In this document: piece after piece, positions 1 to 10,296 of the stretch
Layout: the number at the start of each line of letters is the position of its first letter
Position numbering within the stretch: the first letter of the stretch is position 1
Source: Guillardia theta CCMP2712
Lineage: Eukaryota; Protista; Cryptophyta
DNA: 64,000 nucleotides
Direction of reading: 5' to 3'
NCBI RefSeq assembly: GCF_000315625.1
Contig: NW_005434587.1
Location: 186,001 to 250,000 of the forward strand
Notes under the pieces: model-generated
Told to the model about the DNA's origin: nothing
The model's input: the letters and a program-made list of their open reading frames with translations, nothing else
Database searches by the model: none
Position numbers and translations under genes: made by a program

Positions 1-3000
1 GCATCCCTGGCCTCAACCGAGGAGACTTCACCGAGGAGGACCCCTCCAACCTGCTGGCGCTGGAGGCGTTCAAGAAACGTTTGCACTCCATAGACAACCT
101 GCCGGTGGTTGACAACTACCCCGAGCCCAGCAAGGTCATGGACAAGATCCAGAGAGACCTGAAGAAGGTAGTGAAGCAGGTCTACGACAAGGAGACGAGG
201 AGGAGGCTGTTGAGCCCTCAGCGCAAGTTCAACCTCTCCTACTGCAGTGAGCCGATCGCTCACTACGTGCTGGACCCTGAGCCGGGGCTGCGACTCAACA
301 ACTACGTCGCATTCGATGACAGGAGCCTGATGCTGATCTTGGGCCCCAACGGCAGCGGCAAGACTTCCTTCATCAGGACATGGGCCAACATCTACGAGCT
401 GAGAAGATGCAAAGACGTCTTCTTCTTCCTCCACTTCGACCTCGGCGCTGCTGGGGTAGAATCAGCTCGGGGCGTGCTGAGGAGAATCTTGTTTGAGATG
501 AAGAAATTCTTCGGCATCGAAGGAGACGTTCCCATCGACTACGTGCAGATCAAGCGCACGTTCCTCTTGTGGATTCTGCTGGGGACGACCAAGGGTGGGG
601 TCATCCTGGTCATCGACGGGGCCGATGGGTTTGACGAGCCGAACGACGGGATCTTGTCGTTGCTTGAGTGCATACCGGAGACGCTCCCCAAGGGCCTCAA
701 GATCATCCTCTCCATGACTGCCGGCGCTCCTGTGTCGAATCTCATCTTGAAACGGATGCACTCCTGTCAAACCATCACCCTGGGCGCGCTCTCCGTTCAA
801 ACCCGACAAACGATCTGCGAATCTGTTTTCAAGTCACATGGAAGGGACCCCAAAGACCTCGATGATAAGATCATAAACGATACAGACAGCAGGTCTCCTA
901 TAAGCCTGAAGCTTAAAGTTCAATTGTATCTTCACACAGGTGAATTTTTCCACGCGCAGACGCTGCAACAGACTGTCTTACAGCTTCTGTCGTTGCTTGA
1001 AATGAAATTTCACGATCAGTCACCGGGTTTGGTAGAGACTGTTCTGACTTCCCTTGCAAGGTCTCGACGTGGATTGACGGATTCTGAGCTCATCGCAATT
1101 GGAGGGATCAACAGGCACATGTGGAGTAAATTTTCTCGAGCAAGTGAAGAACTTTTGACGGGGATGGCAAGTTTGGTGAACTTTCAGCATGAGATCATTG
1201 ACGAGGCAGTGAACATCAGATATCTCGATACCGAAGAGAAGAAGCAGAGGAGAACAGTCTCCCTGGCGACCTTCTTCGAAGCAAGTCCTCTCTCATTCCG
1301 CAAGGTGGAAGAATATCCCTGGCTGCTGGCAACCAACGCTCGGTACTGGTTCCAGACAGCACAGCCAAGCGAATACAAGAACGTCTGGAAGAAGCTCCGA
1401 GACTGTCTCACAGACTTGGACTTCTTTCAAGAGATCTATCAGGATTGCTTCGTTTCCGATTTGCATGATTTGTGGGAAGAAATGTCGTCGGTGTATGACC
1501 TGGTGGAAGAGTATACCAACAGTGTGAATGCATATGCGTCGAAGACAGCTTACAGCAGTTCTTCGGATAGAATCGTAGCCAAAGTGCATTTGGCTCTGTG
1601 CCAGACAAAAGTTGCGAGGTTCTTTCGAGATTGCTCTCGGTTTGAATCAGCGCAAGGCATGTTCCTGCGCTCGCTGGAGTCCTGGAAGCTTTGTCCTGGA
1701 AAGGAGAGGGAGGTGGTGAACGTTTACTTCGAGCTCGGGCTGATGCTGCGCACGTGGGGAAAATACGCGGAGGCCGAAGAGACGCTGAAGGGCTCCTTCG
1801 CCTTCATGGAGAATGCGCAAGGGAAGGAGAGCAGCGTCAAGATGGGAGAAGTCCTGCACTTCGTCTCAGATTGTCTTCGGCGGCAGAAGAAGGAGAGCGA
1901 GGCTTACTACTACGCCGACCGATCTTACCATCGGCTTCAGGACAGTCTGGATTCCGATCAGCTCGACAAGTCGCCGTTGTACGCGAGATGCTTGTACAAC
2001 CTGGGGGTAGTGTGTGAGATCCTGGACAGGAAGCAGGCGGCGCTCGAGCACTACGACAAGTCTGTGCTGGTGTTTGAAAGGTCTCTTGGCACTCTCAACG
2101 TGGAGTACTCGCAGGCCCTCGAGAGTCTCGCGGCCTCTTACCAAGGGGTCGGCGACCTCACCAAGGCTGCCGCCTCCTATCAGAAGCTCCTGCCGGTGAA
2201 GGCCGAGATGTCCTTCCTCGGCGGCAGCCTCGGCGACGTCACGTCAGCTCAGAACAACTTGGCGGCGATCTTCGTGAAGCTGGGAGACCTCAAGGCCGCA
2301 GAGGTCCTCTACCGCAAGGCCGTCAGGCATCGCGAGCACTACTACGGTCACTCCCACCCCACCGTAGCCAGATCCCTGGAGATGCTGGGGAACCTGCTGG
2401 CGGAGGTGGGAGAGCTGCAAGAAGCGACGTTGCTGCTGCAACGGGCGTTGAGTATCCGCAACGAAGTGTTTGGCAAAGACGACGTGGAGTCGGCTGCCAC
2501 GGTTCTGAACCTGAGCACGGTGCAGTGCCGACGGGGGCAGTACGTGTCAGGTCGCGACCTCTTCAAGAAGTGGCTGAGGATCATGCTGCAAGCTCTCGGC
2601 GCGAGTCACCCAACTTGCATCTGGGCTGTTCAGTGGCTCGACCGCTGGCCCGAGGGAGGAGCCCCGGGCAGCCGACTGTCCAAGGCAGACGACGGCCGGC
2701 ATGGAGCACTGCCGCCTGGCAAGCTGATAGTCAAGGTTCTGAGAGGAAGGAGGCTGAAGGCGATGGACAGCGGCAAGTCCAGCGACCCCTACGTGGTGGT
2801 TGAGCTGTCAGGGCAGCGGAAGAAGACCTGGCCCAAGATGAAGACAACGAACCCTGAATGGAATGAAGTCATGGAGTTCAACGTGAGTAAGGACGACAGG
2901 ATGAACGGGGAGTTAGCTCTGCAGTGCTTCGATAAGGATCTGATAGGAGAGGACGACAACATGGGATCTTTCACCTTCAAGGTCAACCAGGTGACTCTGC

Positions 3001-5560
3001 TTGACTTGTTGCATTGTGTTGACACCGTCACCTGTAGCTGCCGCTCGCCCAGCCCTATCGGGTCTGGCAGGCGTTTGATGACCCTGAGGAGTTTCCAGGG
3101 GAGATCGAGGTGGAGATGTTGCTGCTGGAGAACGAAGTGATCGGGATGCCCTTCCAAGCAAGCAAGGAGGGTCCAAGTCTCCTGACTCAGATCGAGGACA
3201 AGCGAAGAGCTGAGAAGTTGAGGGAGGAGCAGCTGGCAGATGCCTCGCAACAGCAGCAAGAGAGAGAAACGAGGATGAAAGTTCGAGAAAAGATCAACAG
3301 AGCGTCGGAAATGAAGATCGAGAGAGAGCGAAGGAGGGAGGCTAGGATAGCGGCTGGTTTGGATGCTGACATGGACAACGAGTCCGAAGCCCTGGAAGAC
3401 TTGGAAGAGGTCGATACGGGGGAGCAGGGACTTGAGGACAAGGGCGACGAGGCTGCTGCTGCTCACGAGCAGGCTGAAAGTCAAGGAGGAGATGATGCAA
3501 ACCTGGATGGAGACGCTGCAGAAGCGAGCAAGGATGAGGAAGAGGACGAGGCCTGGGACGATCAAGGCGCGTCGAGGCTCCACTACGCTGCGATGCATGG
3601 GAAGGAAGACAAAGTCAACGAGCTGCTGGACAAGAAGTTCAACCCCAATGTGCGAGACAAGGACGGGCTGTCTCCGCTCCATTACGCGTGCGGTGAGGGG
3701 CATCTGGGTATCGTGGTGATCCTCTTGGAGCGAGGAGGAGACCTGCTTGCCCAGGACAAGGACGGTGACGGGCCTCTGCACGTTGCCATCCAAGAGCACC
3801 AGGAAGAAGTCTGCACGCTCCTGTTGAAGCATCATCCCGACGTGGTGAACATGCGGGGGGCCCATGGCAACACTGCCCTGCACATGCTGGCGGCCATGGA
3901 GAGCGAGTGGGAGAGCATGTTGGTGAAGCTGTTGGAGAGCGGAGCTGACGCCACCATCAAGAACGATTACGGGGAGACTGCCGTCCAGATGGCCAAGGAC
4001 GTGTTCGATGCTATCTTCAATCACCCCCATTATCTCATCATCTGCAAGGCCCTGGGGTTGTCAGAGAGCAGCGATCAGGTCAAGGGAGCTCCTCTCAAGC
4101 CCAAGATCGCCCTCAAGCTCTGGTCGGTGATCGAGCAGAACGACACGGAGGTCATGTTGAAGTACCTCAGAGGAGGTCTGGACATCGATGGACGGCTGGA
4201 TGAGACAGGTCTGACGATGCTGATGCTCGCCTCACAGCAGCTGAGACGAGAGATGCTGGAGCTCATGGCGGATCCTGGTTGGGATTTGAACATCAACATC
4301 GCGACTGATACAGGGCAAACAGCTCTCCACCACCTCGTGCTCAACGGCAGAGCTCTCACGGTGGAGTGCCTCGATATCCTCTTGAAACTGAACCCCGATG
4401 CGAACATCCAGGACAGCAAGGGTTACACAGCGCTGCATTACGCAGCAGAGTTGTGCAGTGAAGAGGTGGTGAGGGTGTTGATCGAGAGGGGAGGAGCGGA
4501 CACGTTGGTGGCAACCCATGCTGGCGACACTCCCCTCCACCTGTCAGCGCTGGCGTGCAGAGGTGACGTGGTGCCTCTGCTGGTGAAGAAGCTTGAGATC
4601 AGATCGAAACAGCAGTTCACATTTGTGAACTCGGAGATGGCCATGAGAGATTTTATCAACAAGATCAACCAGGTCGGAGATACCGCCCTCCACCTCGCCT
4701 GCAGATCTGATTCAAACTCCCGCATCGTCAGCCTTCTGCTTCAGAACAGCGCCAACCTGCACTCCATGAACAAGTTTGAAGAGACTCCTCTCGACGTCGC
4801 GCAGAAGTACCGACAGGGAGATCTGATCAACCTGCTCAACGAGTGGTCGAAGAGCGAAGAGGCTTCTGTCAACACCGACCTCGTCAGAGACATCACTCGA
4901 TTCACCTTTGCGATCAAGGATGACGATCGCGAGACCGTGAAGACCATGCTCGCCTCGGGGCACTTTGAACTCAATGCGGCCTGCAATGAGATAGGGGACA
5001 CGTACTGCCACATCGCAGCAGCAGAAGGGCGGGTAGAGATCCTGAAGGAGCTCTTCTTGCAAGGTTCCTACCTTCACAACCAGAACCTGATCGGTTGCAC
5101 GCCCCTCCATGCGGCTGCGATGAGGGGGAGTGTGGGAGCCATCAAGTGGCTGCTGCAAAATGGAGCTGATCCTCGGGCAAGCGACAGCGAGGGGTACTGC
5201 CCGATGCACTACGCAGCTGGGGAAGGGCACGTGGAGGCCATCGACTGCCTGCTGAGCATCGGGAGATGCGACGAGACGCTCAAGACGTTTCAGGGGCTGA
5301 CCATGCTTCACATCGCGATATCGGAGAGAAGGAAAACCGTGGTCGAGTACCTCTTGAAGCGCAACCCGCAATTCGCCTCCATCTCAGACTCCGACGGGAA
5401 AGTACCGCTGGACTACTGCGACTTGAATGGGAACGACGAAGAGCTGGTCAAGCAGCTCAAGGTACTTGTTGATATCGTCACGTGTGATCTCACTCTTGTG
5501 TGCTAGGCTGCCAGCACTGGGAGCAGAGTAATGTTGCTGGTTGAAAACATGCGAAACTGA
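1..5560 (+). CDS. NPHP3-like STAND/NACHT P-loop NTPase + TPR repeats + C2 domain + ankyrin repeats (5'-truncated, 2 introns)
   Basis: The frame is open from the window start. Walker A GPNGSGKT and Walker B VILVIDGAD; TPR units (e.g. YARCLYNLGVVC, SAQNNLAAIF, HPTVARSLEMLG); C2 domain (GKLIVKVLRGRRLKAMD..SDPYV..NPEWNE..FDKDLIGEDDNMG). GT-AG intron 2991-3037 joins ORF 81..3140 in frame to ORF 3110..5506, which has many ankyrin G-x-T-[AP]-L-H motifs. Intron 5462-5506 then leads to TGA at 5558-5560. Confidence 0.88.
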
Positions 5561-6036
5561 AACTAACGCTGACTCGGTGCGGCCACTCGGAGGCCGCCAC
5601 TGACTCCTGCTGTCACGTCACAGTGCCGTCATGTCTATCTTGAACTTCAAGTTTGTGCATTAAAGTTTCTTGACTGAAATGGAAAAAGGCAAACCGAAGC
5701 AAACGCACTCAGGGCCGCTGTCAGCAGCTCCATGGTGATCCGTCAAGTACCAGAGAACCCGCAAAGCGTCAGCACTGATGAATATAAGACCATCCGTACC
5801 TGCAGTGAAGGGACTCCCGGAAGGCTTTCGGCGGGTGATGGGTAGAGCTCCATTGCGTAGCTACCATCGGGCCCGGAGAAGAGCTGCCTGAACCTGCCGG
5901 TATGGTAGCCTGATGGCCCCCCCGGCCCGCTAGTTTTACTCACCGGTGAGTTTTAGTTATCACACCGGGCCAGCCCCGCCGTGTCGAATGTGGTGTGAAA
6001 CGGCTCGTAACGGTTCAGCGAAGGGGCGCCGAAGCA

Positions 6037-8190
6037 ATGGTGGCAGTCTACGGAACCACCGGGAATGGCGTCCATGAGCGCATGTACCAGCGCAGTACCA
6101 GGTGAGAGGAATGAACTGAACGTGAAGGAAAATGAACATGAGGATGAACATGAGGATGAACATGAGGATGCGATCGAGAATGGAGGAGGTGTTGGAGGGA
6201 TGAAAGTGCAGGGTACAATCAGAGCGATTCTCATGTCTTTTGAAACTGTGTTAAGATGAGCTGGAGGTTTCCCATCAATTCAAAGATTCAGTTAGGTTAT
6301 GAATCATTACTGACTCTCCGATAGATCAGTTGATTGCATCTTCTCCTTACTTGTTCTCTCGAGACACTAACTCTATGTTTTCCCTGCAGCAACTCCAAGC
6401 GCACAGTTTTGGCTGTCGCATCTGTAGCCGTCGCATGTTTGTGCGCGTATCTTGTGGTTTCATCTGAAGTTCGAAGTGGGCCGGCAATGCTGTTGTTCCC
6501 CACACCCACCCTCAAAAATCTTCTTGGCACCTTCATGAGACAGCAAGGAGCTTCCAAGTCGGATATCTCCAAGATGAACAAGTATTACTCCAAGAAGGGA
6601 CGTGTTCAGATGCTCGACGACTTGAGCGGCGAGTTCGATCCCATCTCTGACGCTGACTCCAACTACGCCCGTGCCATCGGCATCAAGTCCGTCTCCAGGA
6701 CGAACCCCGTTATTACCGAGGACATGGACTTCTCGCCGGAGAAGAAGGGGCGTGTTCAGATGCTCGACGACTTGAGCGGCGAGTTCGATCCCATCTCTGA
6801 CGCTGACTCCAACTACGCCCGTGCCATCGGCATCAAGTCCGTCTCCAGGACGAACCCCGTTATTACCGAGGACATGGACTTCTCGCCGGAGAAGAAGGGG
6901 CGTGTTCAGATGCTCTACGATGTCGACGGCCCTCAGGTAATTCTGTTGTTAGGAATTTCGGTTTCGGTTGTATTGAATTTAAATTTCTCCAGGCTTCTGA
7001 TCCCAAGAAGACGGTTCTTGCCAGGCATGCGATCCATCAAAAGAACAGGGCTCAGAAACAGCAGGTTGGAACCTCAATCGCAGTTGCAAACATGCTTGAG
7101 ATACGCGATTGCATTGTTCTTTTCATGATAGCAAGTTGCGTTCTGTGGATATTCCTGCCTATTGAATATTGCAATTTGGCAGAAGAGCCTTGCATTCATG
7201 ATCAAGAATAACATTCTTGGAACTGCGGACAAAGCCAGAGTTCAGGTTTGATGTTTTGACAGCTGTGCAGCAGTCATTGAGTATCTCTCAGATGTTGTCC
7301 AATTCTGCAAGGAAGACGGTCAATGTCTGGCAACAGGTCTCGCTCCGATACTGTGCCATCAATGTTTGATCCGAGTTGCTTCACAGATTGGTGCTCAGGA
7401 GCCTTCCAATGCTGCGCAGTCAGTAATGAAGCAGAATGACGATGCCGGATACAAGGTTCCGTTTGACTCAATCTCTATGACACCTTACTTACTGGCGGTC
7501 AGGCTCCCACCCAGAAGCTCGACGACGTCAGCAGCGAGTTCGATCCCATCTCTGACGCTGACTCCAACTACGCCCGTGCCATCGGCATCAAGTCCGTCTC
7601 CAGGACGAACCCCGTTATTACCGAGGACATGGACTTCTCGCCAGAGAAGAAGGGGCGTGTTCAGATGCTCGACGACTTGAGCGGCGAGTTCGATCCCATC
7701 TCTGACGCTGACTCCAACTACGCCCGTGCCATCGGCATCAAGTCCGTCTCCAGGACGAACCCCGTTATTACTGAGGACATGGACTTCTCGCCGGAGAAGA
7801 AGGGGCGTGTTCAGATGCTTGACGACGTCAGCAGCGAGTTCGATCCCATCTCTGACGCTGACTCCAACTACGCCCGTGCCATCGGCATCAAGTCCGTCTC
7901 CAGGACGAACCCCGTTATTACCGAGGACATGGACTTCTCGCCGGAGAAGAAGGGGCGTGTTCAGATGCTCTACGATGCCGACGGCCCTCAGGTTCGAGAC
8001 CCATCATATAGTAGTCATGCTTGACTTGGCACACAGCCCAGTGATGGATCATCTGCAAGCTGGGCCGCCGCCGGACGCGTTGATCAGGTGCAGCAATTTT
8101 GTCATTGTTGTACATTGAGCTTCCAGTCAGGCTGGCCGGGCATCCAGCTCTCTTGCAAGGCAGATCCGAGCTGCTCAACCCCGGTTTTGA
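6037..8190 (+). CDS. Membrane-anchored repetitive polyprotein/peptide precursor (~480 aa, 9 exons)
   Basis: Deduced exons 6037-6101, 6390-6936, 6993-7064, 7183-7245, 7292-7318, 7387-7455, 7503-7991, 8037-8087, 8131-8190. All introns are GT-AG and the frame is kept. The N-terminus MVAVYGTT..NSKRT is followed by hydrophobic VLAVASVAVACLCAYLVV. Five 50-aa repeat units and repeated KKGRVQML/KARVQML/KAPTQKL motifs follow. Confidence 0.8.
6592..6936 (+). repeat. Coding tandem repeat, 150-nt unit, block 1 (2 full units + partial)
   Basis: Units start at 6592, 6742 and 6892 and are essentially identical at the nucleotide level. Confidence 0.95.
7521..7991 (+). repeat. Coding tandem repeat, 150-nt unit, block 2 (3 units + partial)
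   Basis: Cores start at 7521, 7671 and 7821, followed by the YDADGPQ module at 7971. Two core variants occur (DDLSGEF, DDVSSEF). Confidence 0.95.
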
Positions 8191-8681
8191 AAACTGAGAT
8201 TTTAAAGCATTTGTACAATACAGTGCAGAGTTGCAGAAACTTCATGCTCTCCTCATCCCATCAATGCTTCGGTTGTGTTGCTCAAAAGTTAGCATCACAA
8301 GAATGTCTCTAGAACTCTTTATTCATCATACTTCTCGTTCTCGTATGCATTTAGCAAGAGGAGTTGCCAAATGGGTCGCACACCTGTGTGACACTTCAGA
8401 TGTACATCTCAAAACATTAGACAAAACATAACAACAAAAAGAACACCAAACAATGAGCCAAACAATGATGGGGGGCGGGGGGCAGCAAGAAAGAAAATAA
8501 AAGCGAGTAGACTCCACCCACTTGAGTGGGATCCAGTGATGAAACATAATTAGCACAGGAATAAGAAAAGATGAACGAAGAGGACAGAGAAGTCCCTTCA
8601 AAGCCACCGATGCACCAAAGGCAAAGATGAGAAACTTGCAACATTGAGGTCAAACAAACGAGCTCAAGCCATGAAACGTGA

Positions 8682-8783
8682 TCAGAGGAAAACACTGGTG
8701 GAGATCTCCACCTTCTCGGGGGTCGAGAACTTGGCGCGCAGGAGCTTGTCGTTCTGGTAGGTGGAGATGAGCGAGGAGAACAT
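8682..8783 (-). CDS. 33-aa micropeptide MFSSLISTYQNDKLLRAKFSTPEKVEISTSVFL
   Basis: ATG in gcagcaATG context. 30 of 32 non-start codons end in G/C, against AT-richer flanks. It lies below the ORF-track size cutoff. Confidence 0.6.
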   Translation of the reverse strand: MFSSLISTYQNDKLLRAKFSTPEKVEISTSVFL

Positions 8784-10296
8784 TGCTGCGCCGGTAACGA
8801 GCTGATACCCTACCCCTCATTCATACTATTGCTCAAGGGTTATTCAGAAGGGGGGTGTCTGGGACCAGCAACTCCTGCCGGGTTGTCGCCTGTCACCGGA
8901 AAGAGTATTAAAACATTCTTGAAATATTTATCAATTAATTGAGAGTAATTTTAAATTTACAAAATGATTCAAACACATTGTAATCATATTTTGTCAAAAT
9001 TATGATTACCGGTAGGGTGTTTTATTTTGGTGTCTGTTCAGTTGCCTCTTCACACAAGAAAGACACCACACTGCCAGCTAGCAGAGAAATTACTGCCTCT
9101 CGTTTTACCCCTATTGGACCGGGTGCGCCCCGGGGATTGAGCCGGGCCGTCCGGCGGCCGGGCGGCGCACTCCCCCTTCAGCCGGGCTGCGTGCCTCTCT
9201 TCGCCCGGCAACCCGATCGGACCGTTCAGGGTCATCGGACCGAGTCGCGGCGGCGGCGGGGCCACGGCGGCCGGACCCTGACTCGGCGGCGGCAATGACT
9301 CACTCGGACCGTACGACGATCAGTGTGCCAAGTTGATTCAGGCTAGAACTTCGGAAGCGGCTAGGAGTAGCCTAGGCCGCTGCACCGGGCGGCCGCATGT
9401 CGGTCGGATGATCCCGCCGGGCCGCAAGTTAAGTTAAAAATCAGCACACTGCCGCAGAGCGCCATTTTTGAAATCCTGATTGATTTTTCAATTTCGTTTC
9501 AAGTTCGAAATTTCGCGGCAAAGTAACTTCCGTACAGGGTCTAGAGTGTGGCTTTACAACTTTCGGACCCTACTGAACTGACATGAGAGTGATGCGGTAG
9601 GGGGTAGTCCGTGGAAAACAAAGGGGTAGTGAGGTGCCAGGCTCAGCCGCTGTGTCCGGCAAAGGACCGGTCATGTGTACTTCTGATAAAACCGGGGGTA
9701 CTAGGGTAGCCGCTCTACTGAATGATCACGTTGTTCCAGTCTGTCGGGGGTCAGGGGGTGGTGGAGTCGCAGCTACTCTTTCAGTGACCCCTCAGTTACC
9801 TCGATATTCGATGTAAATCTGGGGGTGGGGTAGACTCGGTCAAACTTTGAAACTTTCAAGGGATAGGAGGGGTCCCGGCATGGGGTTGGGGTCGGTAAGG
9901 GGGGTGGGGGTTGAAGCAGAGTGGTGGAGTGGTTGATACGATGGCTGGCCCAGGTGGGAGGGGGCGAAGGAGGAGAGGGGAGAAGACAGACAGATATGAA
10001 GAAGAGAAAACGTAAAGAGAAGAGAAACGAATCAACAGTTTGAGGAGGATTTTTTGAGTGTGGGAGTTGGAGCAGTGCAAGATTCAAGCAAGCAGGAAGG
10101 AGGCTATCATAGAAGAATGAAAGGGGTGGTTGTATGGCATAGGATGGATAGCAGACGGATAATTACAAGTAGATGTATGCCAGATCTTTTCAGATTTCTG
10201 TTTATTATTAGCATAACTCACTGATGTCTTATCTAGGCTAAAACATATTGATAACAAATGAGGTGATTTGAAAAGGCGACTTGAACGGTACCTACT

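Noticed and set aside
2789-4030. 413-aa minus-strand ORF (also 4712..5371, 31847..32560 and similar)
   Set aside because: Antisense shadows of GC3-rich real coding sequence.
6130-6170. (TGAACATGAGGA)3 repeat encoding EHED in ORF 6065..6259
   Set aside because: It lies inside the deduced first intron (6102-6389) of the polyprotein gene.
6592-7991. 150-nt repeats as a CRISPR-like array or non-coding satellite
   Set aside because: There are no unique spacers; the unit is a multiple of 3, stays in frame and lies within GT-AG-bounded exons of a eukaryotic gene.
6037-8190. Precursor as a RebB/Tri-type ejectisome ribbon protein
   Set aside because: I see no resemblance to the Reb-type QITDAVTQ-like core, so the product identity is left open.
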